This document shows, piece by piece, positions 29,019-36,062 of a stretch of DNA of 37,547 bases. Below the pieces are notes generated by a model, which had not been told where the DNA came from, did not search any database, and saw nothing but the letters and a program-made list of their open reading frames with translations. The DNA comes from a virus (taxonomy: Duplodnaviria; Caudoviricetes): positions 1 to 37,547 of the IMG/VR virus record IMGVR_UViG_3300044616_000283; one strand, 5' to 3'. The position numbers and the translations under genes were made by a program. How positions within the stretch are numbered: position 1 is the stretch's first letter; every line of letters starts with the position of its first letter.

Positions 29019-29471
29019 GAATGCCCGATCCCAAGTACGCTAGGTTACCATAGGGTAGCCAACGTAGCAAGCCGGACCCCTGAAAGGGGGTCGCGGGAAG
29101 TACGCCTAGCCTAACGGGAACGCAACCGGAACGATGAAACGAACGAACTGTAATACCTGTCGCCCCTTGGGTGGGGCAAGGTAGTGCGCGTATCCCGGAT
29201 GGCTAACGGGAACGCATGGACGGGAACGGTAGCACGTTCCACCCATGAAACAATAACTAACTTCCGATACCCTGCATTCTTTCCGCAGGGTATCGGCTAG
29301 AATTCTCCGTAGTCGTTAGGGCCAGCCTACCGCCTAGGACGCTATGTGTTATCGGTTCCGCCCATATTGGCCAGTATCCGATAAGTACCGCGTTACCTTG
29401 GCATCTATAAATGGTCCCTGAACTATGCGGAGGGTTCTAGCCGATCCGTCCAACGTGGACAATCGGGATTC
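29019..29471 (+). ncRNA. Candidate large structured non-coding RNA or early leader
   Basis: No credible ORF; many helices containing G-U pairs, a GAAA tetraloop (29075-29092) and a ~19-bp long-range helix (29293-29311 with 29426-29444). Confidence 0.5.
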
Positions 29472-29494
29472 AAGTTTACTGGAGATTGAACACA

Positions 29495-29941
29495 ATGGAC
29501 ATGCCTACTTTCGTTCGCGTTGCGATCGCTTGCAATCTTTCCGGCGCGTTCGCGGATTCCCTCAAGTCCCCCAAGTCATTCACGGCTACGGGGAAGGTGG
29601 ACTGCCGGAAGTTTCCGGCTTTGCTTGAGAAGGTTGCGTACATGTATAACAAGGAATGCACGCACAAGTTCTATATGCTGAACATTCTGTGCGGCAAGGA
29701 TGGCATTCCGATGAATGACATTCTAAACGATGAGAATGAGATCGTGCAGAAAGGTTTCCGGTGGCGCGGCAACGCTACGGAAGGTATCGAAGCCCATCCG
29801 GCGGCTGAAGTGTTTCAGGATCTTTGCACCTCCTATCTGCGTGCTAACTTTCCGAACCTGAATTGGGAGGTGGAGTCATCTGCTCCGCAGGTTCGCCGCA
29901 AGGATATCCCGTCCGATATCCTCGCCACGCTCGATATCTAA
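29495..29941 (+). CDS. First early gene, hypothetical protein
   Basis: GGAG RBS at 29481; ATG 29495 (track start TTG 29486); GC-richer codon usage than the late genes. Confidence 0.8.
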   Translation: MDMPTFVRVAIACNLSGAFADSLKSPKSFTATGKVDCRKFPALLEKVAYMYNKECTHKFYMLNILCGKDGIPMNDILNDENEIVQKGFRWRGNATEGIEAHPAAEVFQDLCTSYLRANFPNLNWEVESSAPQVRRKDIPSDILATLDI

Positions 29942-29947
29942 TCGGGC

Positions 29948-30020
29948 CGTCTATCCCCCGGCTTTGCCGCAGGGGATGGACGCTAGGGTATCCCCTGCGG
30001 GGGATGCTCTAGCGTCTATC
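29948..30020 (+). promoter_or_regulatory. Overlapping long hairpins (RNase III-like processing site or switch)
   Basis: GATGGACGCTAGGGTATCCCC-tgcg-GGGGATGCTCTAGCGTCTATC (21 bp with G-U) competes with hairpin 29948-29982. Confidence 0.55.
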
Positions 30021-30048
30021 CGCTCGCCATCAATCCGAAAGAATCCCC

Positions 30049-30369
30049 ATGAAGGCTTTCCAGAAGAATGTGCTTGAGATGTATGTCCGCCGTGCAATGC
30101 AGACGGGAACTATGGCAGATGCTGCCATTGCTGCGGACTATCTGTGCAAGGTATCCGGTAGTTCCTATGCGAACTGCATTGCTGCTCTTTGCAAGGCATA
30201 CGGTATCCGCCATGCGGATCGTATCTGCAAGGATCGTCCGGGCATGTATGTTTCCAAGAATCCTGCACGGGAATTGGCTGCAGGATGTATCGTCAAGTTT
30301 GATAAGGAAACTATCTCCGTGAAGCGTATCCCGGAGGTTGTCCCCGCTGCTATTCTCATGTCCATCTAA
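30049..30369 (+). CDS. Hypothetical early protein
   Basis: 106-aa ORF with codon style like its neighbours. Confidence 0.7.
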   Translation: MKAFQKNVLEMYVRRAMQTGTMADAAIAADYLCKVSGSSYANCIAALCKAYGIRHADRICKDRPGMYVSKNPARELAAGCIVKFDKETISVKRIPEVVPAAILMSI

Positions 30370-30382
30370 CCGGAGGTAAACA

Positions 30383-30637
30383 ATGACCACTTTCAAGTAT
30401 AACGGCAAGTCTTTGGTTTGCGTTGTTCAGTATAAGGATGTCAATGATTCGATGACATCTATGACTTGGTTTGAAACTTTCGATGGTAAGATTGTGATTG
30501 ATACGGAGAATGCCCACTATCCCGAAATGTATGGGTTGGCAATGGTTGATTACATCAACGATGCCAGCGCCCGTGAATGTCTCCATAAGTTTGCGGATAC
30601 TGCTAGGTTTGGCGCAGACTATGTGCTTGTTGGTTGA
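30383..30637 (+). CDS. Hypothetical early protein
   Basis: GGAGGT RBS; 84 aa. Confidence 0.75.
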   Translation: MTTFKYNGKSLVCVVQYKDVNDSMTSMTWFETFDGKIVIDTENAHYPEMYGLAMVDYINDASARECLHKFADTARFGADYVLVG

Positions 30638-30644
30638 ACACTTT

Positions 30645-30678
30645 GGTATGCCATAGGGAAACCTATGGTATGCCTTTC
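30645..30678 (+). terminator. GAAA-tetraloop hairpin, copy 1 (terminator or processing site)
   Basis: GGTATGCCATAGG-GAAA-CCTATGGTATGCC-TTTC. Confidence 0.55.
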
Positions 30679-30696
30679 GTCTGGCTTCTTTATCTA

Positions 30697-30721
30697 TCCG
30701 GCTATGCCGGGAAAGGTTTGA
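30697..30721 (+). repeat. 25-bp direct repeat, copy 1 (hairpin + RBS)
   Basis: TCCGGCTATGCCGGGAAAGGTTTGA, identical at 30950-30974. Confidence 0.9.
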
Positions 30722-30725
30722 GACA

Positions 30726-30974
30726 ATGGCAAACGCAATTAGACATTCATCTAACTTCAAGGATCGTACTGTTAGGGGAATCATTGGTTGTCAGGAAATC
30801 TTCTACTCTCGTTTGAAGGAATCCCTTCCTGAAGATAAGCACGGACTTCTTGAGTGTATGTTTCAGACAATGAATTACTTCGCTCAAGATCTAGAAGATT
30901 GTATGGAACAGAACAAGAATCTCCGCAAGGATCTTGAAGGAATGAACACTCCGGCTATGCCGGGAAAGGTTTGA
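30726..30974 (+). CDS. Hypothetical early protein
   Basis: 82 aa; GAAAGG RBS; bracketed by the 25-bp repeats. Confidence 0.7.
   Translation: MANAIRHSSNFKDRTVRGIIGCQEIFYSRLKESLPEDKHGLLECMFQTMNYFAQDLEDCMEQNKNLRKDLEGMNTPAMPGKV
30950..30974 (+). repeat. 25-bp direct repeat, copy 2
   Basis: Exact match to 30697-30721. Confidence 0.9.
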
Positions 30975-30975
30975 C

Positions 30976-31068
30976 ATGTCTACCTTTCTTCTGATTGGTG
31001 TGGCTTTGCTTGGAATCTTTGGTGTGTATATTCTTCTTTGGTGTGCTGAAGAGAATAAGAATCTTTAA
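30976..31068 (+). CDS. 30-aa single-TM peptide (not in ORF track)
   Basis: MSTFLLIGVALLGIFGVYILLWCAEENKNL, preceded by the repeat-borne RBS. Confidence 0.55.
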   Translation: MSTFLLIGVALLGIFGVYILLWCAEENKNL

Positions 31069-31079
31069 TAGGAGCTGAA

Positions 31080-31349
31080 ATGCGAGTCATCACTCTCTCT
31101 GATATGCTTGGTAATAACCGCTACAATCTTTGCATCCTTGGTGATAATAAGACAGGAAATGATTCTGTTAAGGATGCGATCAAGTCTGTTATTATGAGTA
31201 ACTATGAAAATTGTGAAGGTAATTATTCTGTTCATATTGAATCGGCAAAGTATGGTGATTATGTGGTAGTTATTACTACGGATCAATATGTTGAACCTGT
31301 TGCTGTTCGTTTGGCACTGATTCAAACTGTCCCTGTATACGGTACTTGA
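31080..31349 (+). CDS. Hypothetical early protein
   Basis: AGGAG RBS; 89 aa. Confidence 0.7.
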   Translation: MRVITLSDMLGNNRYNLCILGDNKTGNDSVKDAIKSVIMSNYENCEGNYSVHIESAKYGDYVVVITTDQYVEPVAVRLALIQTVPVYGT

Positions 31350-31363
31350 TCTAGGAGAAATAA

Positions 31364-31561
31364 ATGCGTACCTTCAAGGTAACTTGGGCATGTAATACCT
31401 GTTGTGGTATTTCTGTTTCTGTTACTGTGGAAACAATGACGAAACGGGAAAGCGAAAGAGAGCATGTGATTGGTATGGCAAAGCATAAGATGAATGTTTG
31501 TCGTATCAATGGTGATTGGTTTGATGCCATTGATTGCTCTGTTGTTGAAGTTACTACCTAA
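31364..31561 (+). CDS. Hypothetical early protein with CxxCC
   Basis: AGGAG RBS; 65 aa. Confidence 0.7.
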   Translation: MRTFKVTWACNTCCGISVSVTVETMTKRESEREHVIGMAKHKMNVCRINGDWFDAIDCSVVEVTT

Positions 31562-31751
31562 TCTATAGACCCTATATAGGAAGGGTAAGTCCTATCTTCC
31601 ATACCTTTACTTACTTGGGGGTATGTTTGTATTACGAGTAAGCGTAACATAACGAGAGGATGTGGTTTGGTGTAATCCTAAACACCATAAGCACAACTAG
31701 GCAAGCAATCAGATAGTGCAAGATGCACGGCGCGCAGATTGCCCGACTAGT

Positions 31752-31785
31752 GGTATGTCTTAGGGAAACCTATGGCATATCTTTT
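31752..31785 (+). terminator. GAAA-tetraloop hairpin, copy 2
   Basis: GGTATGTCTTAGG-GAAA-CCTATGGCATATC-TTTT. Confidence 0.55.
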
Positions 31786-31870
31786 GTCCACCTTGGTAAG
31801 TCCCGAATAGGCTTCGGCTGTGGCATTCTTCGGAATGTCTAGGGATTACTTTCTTTCTTTAGGAGAACTA

Positions 31871-32023
31871 ATGGAACCGTATGATATTGCTGTTGTTACT
31901 GGAGATGCTGCTGTGGTAGTTCATAAGGTTTATGCGGGTACTGAAGATGAAGCAGTGGATTCTATTCGCATCTTCTACAAGGATATTACTATTGTTGGTA
32001 TTATTCTTGGAGCTGAAGGATAA
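31871..32023 (+). CDS. Hypothetical early protein (50 aa)
   Basis: AGGAG RBS at 31861 favours ATG 31871 over track start 31820. Confidence 0.65.
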   Translation: MEPYDIAVVTGDAAVVVHKVYAGTEDEAVDSIRIFYKDITIVGIILGAEG

Positions 32024-32142
32024 TGTATATCCTCTTTATTGCTTCGGGTACTATTCTTTCTCTCTTGCTGTGTTGTTATCTAGACTATCTAGGTTTCTTT
32101 AATTGGATAAAGGAGATTATCAATGAGCGTTTCTACCGTTGA
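32023..32142 (+). CDS. 39-aa hydrophobic peptide
   Basis: MYILFIASGTILSLLLCCYLDYLGFFNWIKEIINERFYR; TAATG coupling to the upstream gene. Confidence 0.45.
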   Translation: MYILFIASGTILSLLLCCYLDYLGFFNWIKEIINERFYR

Positions 32143-32278
32143 ACATGTGTATGATGTGGTCGTGAATGGTATGTGCCTTGCTTCTTTCTGTAATAAGTAT
32201 GAGGCTAATAGGTACGCTATTGCCTACGCTTCTAATTACGCAGGATCTAATGTGCAGGTGATCTACAATGGCAAGTAA
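32123..32278 (+). CDS. 51-aa hypothetical protein
   Basis: AAGGAG RBS; MSVSTVEHVYDVVVNG... Confidence 0.6.
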   Translation: MSVSTVEHVYDVVVNGMCLASFCNKYEANRYAIAYASNYAGSNVQVIYNGK

Positions 32279-32483
32279 TGACTATCTGCATTATGTGTTT
32301 CAGCAAAACAATAGTGGTGGATATTATGTTGGGCCTGATGAGTTTGTTGTGACTGCCTTTAGTCTTGATGAGGCATGGGAAATTCTTAAGGCACAGTCTT
32401 GGTATACTGATGAGTACTGTGAGTGTTGTGGTACTCGTTGGAATAGTTGGGGACACATTTCTACTATGGAGATTGAGTACTAA
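32268..32483 (+). CDS. Hypothetical protein with C-x-CCG-x-RW motif (possible metal binding)
   Basis: 'FQQNNSGGYY...YCECCGTRW'; overlaps both neighbours. Confidence 0.7.
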   Translation: MASNDYLHYVFQQNNSGGYYVGPDEFVVTAFSLDEAWEILKAQSWYTDEYCECCGTRWNSWGHISTMEIEY

Positions 32484-32620
32484 TGGAAGACTATTACCCC
32501 GATGTGGATGCTATGTACGAAGAGCGTACCGAAGTTATCAATGAGTGGTATGATGCCATTGATGAAGTGATCAATACCTATTACGAGGATGACACCGATG
32601 AAGATTCATGTTGTGTTTGA
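32483..32620 (+). CDS. 45-aa very acidic peptide
   Basis: MEDYYPDVDAMYEERTEVINEWYDAIDEVINTYYEDDTDEDSCCV; TAATG coupling. Confidence 0.55.
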   Translation: MEDYYPDVDAMYEERTEVINEWYDAIDEVINTYYEDDTDEDSCCV

Positions 32621-32744
32621 GTTTCCCGATGTGAAGGATGTTGAGTCTACCGAAGCAGACTATACTCTTGAGTGTCTGTCTGATGACCTTAAGAAGTATG
32701 CCGGCGGCATGTGTGAATGGTACATTGACGATGTAACGGAATAA
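32598..32744 (+). CDS. 48-aa acidic hypothetical protein
   Basis: GAGGA RBS; MKIHVVFEFPDVKDVES... Confidence 0.55.
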   Translation: MKIHVVFEFPDVKDVESTEADYTLECLSDDLKKYAGGMCEWYIDDVTE

Positions 32745-32748
32745 ACAA

Positions 32749-33588
32749 ATGACTACTCTGCAAAAGAACTTTGTTGGTGAATTCACTACCGTTGTTCGTT
32801 CTCCTAAGTCCGCACCCTCTTTTGATGGACAGAAGTATACGCCTAAGCAGTATCTCTTTGATGCCGAGCTGAATGAGTGGGTATCTTTCTATTGGATTGA
32901 TGCTCCCTTCCATAGTGATGGTGGTGGAGCACAATGTATGTGGCTTAGTAATAATGCAGAAGAAGAGAATGCTGAAGAGTTTGGAATCAAACTTACCAGT
33001 CAGAACCTTGGTGATGGTAAGGCTAAGGCAGCAGCATTTGCTATGTATCAACGACAGAAAGCAGCAGCAGAAGAATTGTGTGCGCCTCCTGTGCATGGCA
33101 TGTGTTGCTTCAAGTATTATCATAAGGGTAATCGTAGTGTTACTACTTTTTGGGGCTACCTTTCTTGTGTAGCAGGTTGTGTTGGTGATATTGAAGAATC
33201 TGATGACTCTAAATGTGAGTATGATTCTTATGTTACTGAGCAGATGCATAAGTGGGATAAGTATGATGAGATTTCTGATCTCTTGGATGAGATGGGTGTC
33301 TATAGCCGTAGCATCCTAGGTCATATTGCAGTAGAGATTGGCCCCCATCCTGATGATTGTAACTACCATGATTGGTGTGATGACAATGGCTATGAACAAT
33401 ACTTTGGTAAGCAGGATCTTTATGAGAACCTGAAGAACATTGACATTAGTCATGTGCAAAATGACTGGCAATCCCTTGGTACTCCGGGATACCATCGAAA
33501 TATGGGTGGTGATCTTCATGCCCATAACATGGGCTACTGGAATGGTAACCTTGTGTGTATTGACTTTGGCTATCACTGCGTTCAGTAA
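32749..33588 (+). CDS. Protein kinase-like protein (analogous to T7 gp0.7)
   Basis: Gly loop 'DGGGAQC', beta3 lysine 'GIKL', catalytic loop 'DLHAHNMG' and Mg-binding 'CIDFG'. Confidence 0.82.
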   Translation: MTTLQKNFVGEFTTVVRSPKSAPSFDGQKYTPKQYLFDAELNEWVSFYWIDAPFHSDGGGAQCMWLSNNAEEENAEEFGIKLTSQNLGDGKAKAAAFAMYQRQKAAAEELCAPPVHGMCCFKYYHKGNRSVTTFWGYLSCVAGCVGDIEESDDSKCEYDSYVTEQMHKWDKYDEISDLLDEMGVYSRSILGHIAVEIGPHPDDCNYHDWCDDNGYEQYFGKQDLYENLKNIDISHVQNDWQSLGTPGYHRNMGGDLHAHNMGYWNGNLVCIDFGYHCVQ

Positions 33589-33596
33589 GGAAACAA

Positions 33597-33797
33597 ATGA
33601 ATAATTCTTGCTACACAATCGTTAAGGAGTATGACCTCAATGGAGTATGGTTCACTGTGTATGTGGGACAGCATCCCATTGATGGGTTCAGAGATCCAAA
33701 GGATGCCTATCTCTTTGGAGAATGGTATACAAATTCAAGTAAAGAAGATACCGATGAACGACACCCATGTATGGATAGCACAAGTACTAACCTATGA
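33597..33797 (+). CDS. Hypothetical early protein
   Basis: AAGGA RBS; 66 aa. Confidence 0.6.
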   Translation: MNNSCYTIVKEYDLNGVWFTVYVGQHPIDGFRDPKDAYLFGEWYTNSSKEDTDERHPCMDSTSTNL

Positions 33798-33894
33798 GTA
33801 TCCTTGTTGGACCACGGTATGCGCCGGGGAAACTCCAACGCTTGCACTTATGGCGGCTTGCCGAATATGTGGGGCTATGGATAGAATTCCATAG
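33754..33894 (+). CDS. Hypothetical early protein (46 aa)
   Basis: C-terminal part of track ORF 33631..33894, starting MNDTHVW; start uncertain. Confidence 0.4.
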   Translation: MNDTHVWIAQVLTYEYPCWTTVCAGETPTLALMAACRICGAMDRIP

Positions 33895-33974
33895 GACAAA
33901 ACCACCAATAACCCCACCCCTAGGGGAACCTAGGATCTATAGTTTGTGTAAATTATTTTTAGTATAGGATTACT

Positions 33975-34232
33975 TTGGAACGAACAACCCACCACTTTGC
34001 TAATATCCCAACAGATTCTTACGGTAATATCTCCGTAGAGTTTGGAGTTCTTTGGACTACCCATCATAACAACTGGTATCTTTCAGATATCTTTGTTGAG
34101 ATGGCGGAACCCGATGTTCTTTCTATGGAAAGACTTCGACATCTTGTGCTTGACTTTGTTGAAGTCAACGGTTACAATCCCACTACCCCCTATGAAGGAG
34201 AGTACGATGAAGAGACTAATGATGCTGATTGA
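33975..34232 (+). CDS. Acidic hypothetical protein
   Basis: TTG start after AGGA; acidic tail YEGEYDEETNDAD. Confidence 0.6.
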   Translation: MERTTHHFANIPTDSYGNISVEFGVLWTTHHNNWYLSDIFVEMAEPDVLSMERLRHLVLDFVEVNGYNPTTPYEGEYDEETNDAD

Positions 34233-34476
34233 AGTTGAGAATACGGAACAGCAACAGATGTTCTATGATGTACTTCAGGAGATGATTGAGGATCGTTCTC
34301 TTTGTGGTTACTTTACATTGGTCGATCATGGTGAGGGTATTGATGACCTGCCTGATTACATGGACTACGAAACAAAGCAGTTGATCCCATTGATTGCAGC
34401 GTTTGAACAAGAGTTTATTAATACTAACAAGCCAATGGACAATAAGCATGGATCAATCCACGACGATAATCTCTAA
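34219..34476 (+). CDS. Acidic hypothetical protein
   Basis: Start MMLIEVE preferred because it avoids a long overlap with the upstream gene. Confidence 0.6.
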   Translation: MMLIEVENTEQQQMFYDVLQEMIEDRSLCGYFTLVDHGEGIDDLPDYMDYETKQLIPLIAAFEQEFINTNKPMDNKHGSIHDDNL

Positions 34477-34663
34477 CAATATCGAACTGTTGCTTGAGGT
34501 CAAGGACAATATCCCTAACTGGATTCATAACTCAACCGCAAGGAATCAAGCGATTGATCTTCTGAATGATATGGATATCATGACCTATAGAAAGTTTTGG
34601 CTGACTGAAGAAGAGGAGTTTCTTCTTGACTATATCTCTAACACTATTGAGGCTTACTGCTGA
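34448..34663 (+). CDS. Hypothetical protein
   Basis: MDQSTTIIS...; TGATG coupling to the next gene. Confidence 0.55.
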   Translation: MDQSTTIISNNIELLLEVKDNIPNWIHNSTARNQAIDLLNDMDIMTYRKFWLTEEEEFLLDYISNTIEAYC

Positions 34664-34899
34664 TGACTACTGAGACTAATGCTATGACTGAGGCGCTTGC
34701 TGTTCTGTCTGAGGCTATTGCTGAACAGGTTACTAAGAATCTTAATGATGTTATTAACCTTAAGATCAACCGCGCTATTGAAGAGTACATGGATAATGGT
34801 GACTTCCTCTATAGCCTTGAGGATACCATCAAGGATAAGATGTCTGATATCGTGGACGATCATGTGAGCAACATCTCTCTCCGTATTGAGGTCGATTAA
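34663..34899 (+). CDS. Acidic helical hypothetical protein
   Basis: 78 aa; GAGG RBS; coupled on both sides. Confidence 0.7.
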   Translation: MTTETNAMTEALAVLSEAIAEQVTKNLNDVINLKINRAIEEYMDNGDFLYSLEDTIKDKMSDIVDDHVSNISLRIEVD

Positions 34900-35147
34900 T
34901 GAATAAGACATACGATATCTTTGGACCTATCGTGGTGAACTATTGGAAGGATTGCCTCAGTTGTTGGCAGATTAATCCTGATAAGATTAATGAGAGCGAT
35001 CTTACTGAGTGGATTAATACCATGGAATCTTTAGTGATGGATAATCTTTGTGATACAATCCCTGATGAATGGTATCCCGAAGATGATGAGGATGAAGATG
35101 ATGGGGAATGGGAAGACCTTCCTAATCATGATGATGAAGAAGACTAA
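34899..35147 (+). CDS. Very acidic hypothetical protein
   Basis: Tail EDDEDEDDGEWEDLPNHDDEED; TAATG coupling. Confidence 0.7.
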   Translation: MNKTYDIFGPIVVNYWKDCLSCWQINPDKINESDLTEWINTMESLVMDNLCDTIPDEWYPEDDEDEDDGEWEDLPNHDDEED

Positions 35148-35173
35148 CGCGGCTATGCCGTAAGGAGTTGGGT

Positions 35174-35413
35174 ATGCTAAATGGAATCTTGATTGCTGTT
35201 GGAATTACTTTACCTATTGCACTTCTTATGTATGACATGATCATTTCTAAGAAGCGGTTAGATATTCTTGAGACTGAGGTTACTACCTTGCGTACTTTAA
35301 TGCGTGAGCTTAATGTAAACAAGGATACTGAGAAGTTTAGCAAGGGTGACGAAGCGTATAATATTCTTCGCACCAATGCCAAGCGTATTGGACTGAGCCA
35401 TTGCTTTAAGTAA
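35174..35413 (+). CDS. Membrane-anchored coiled-coil hypothetical protein
   Basis: AAGGAG RBS; N-terminal TM segment. Confidence 0.65.
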   Translation: MLNGILIAVGITLPIALLMYDMIISKKRLDILETEVTTLRTLMRELNVNKDTEKFSKGDEAYNILRTNAKRIGLSHCFK

Positions 35414-35421
35414 TGGACATT

Positions 35422-35498
35422 GGAAGGGTGCCTGATAGATTGGTAAAAGGTCATCGCTTATAACGGTGCTAATGTGGGTTCGACTCCCATCCCTTCCA
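35422..35498 (+). tRNA. tRNA-Ile(UAU)
   Basis: Acceptor GGAAGGG/CCCTTCC, anticodon arm CATCG-CTTATAA-CGGTG, T arm GTGGG-TTCGACT-CCCAT, discriminator A; CCA not encoded. Confidence 0.88.
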
Positions 35499-35527
35499 TT
35501 CCCATATGGGATTACAAAGGAGATACT

Positions 35528-35902
35528 ATGAAGAAAGATATTGCTAAGATTTGGGTAGATGCTCTGCAGTCTGGTGAATATGATCAAGGATCTGAGTACT
35601 TGTGTGCAGGTGGTAAGTACTGTTGTCTTGGTGTTCTTTGTGATTTGTATGCTCAGGATACTGCTGACAATCTTCGTATTGTAGAAAAGGAGAAGGGTGA
35701 TAGTGGGTTTATTATTACCTACTATAATCATGACTCTGAAGTTCTTCCCGATGTTGTTCAGGAGTGGGCTGGTATGAGTACTAATACAGGTAAGTATCTC
35801 AGTGATTCCCTGTTTGAGTCTTCACTTGCTAGTGACAATGATCAAGGTGATACCTTTCATGAGCTGGCTAAGAAGATTGAATTGTATGCTGATGATCTGT
35901 AA
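35528..35902 (+). CDS. Conserved-looking phage protein (WxxALxSGxYxQ...CCLGVLC)
   Basis: AAGGAG RBS before ATG 35528. The track start 35474 lies inside the tRNA. Confidence 0.75.
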   Translation: MKKDIAKIWVDALQSGEYDQGSEYLCAGGKYCCLGVLCDLYAQDTADNLRIVEKEKGDSGFIITYYNHDSEVLPDVVQEWAGMSTNTGKYLSDSLFESSLASDNDQGDTFHELAKKIELYADDL

Positions 35903-35909
35903 TCTGTTT

Positions 35910-35985
35910 GCCCTAGTATCGGCTCACTCTTCTAAAGTGTAGTACCGTAATTGGATCTATGTTGGTTCGATTCCAACCTAGGGTG
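35910..35985 (+). tRNA. Atypical tRNA-Arg(UCU) lacking a D-arm
   Basis: Acceptor GCCCTAG/CTAGGGT, T arm GTTGG-TTCGATT-CCAAC, anticodon CACT-CTTCTAA-AGTG; only ~8 nt between acceptor and anticodon stems. Confidence 0.7.
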
Positions 35986-36062
35986 TGTTAAATCCGCTGC
36001 ACAGTAGGCTTTGTCCCTACCTCCCTTGAGGCAGTTAAGTATGATGATGGGCGGCATCGTAT

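Noticed and set aside
35910-35985. Amber suppressor tRNA (CUA) and TAG recoding
   Set aside because: The CACT/AGTG stem centres the loop on TCT. TAG also acts as a normal stop for terL and the sulfotransferase-like gene, each overlapping the next start.
35986-36060. tRNA-associated HDV-like (theta) or hammerhead ribozyme
   Set aside because: I could not build the nested double pseudoknot or a complete CUGANGA/GAAA core.
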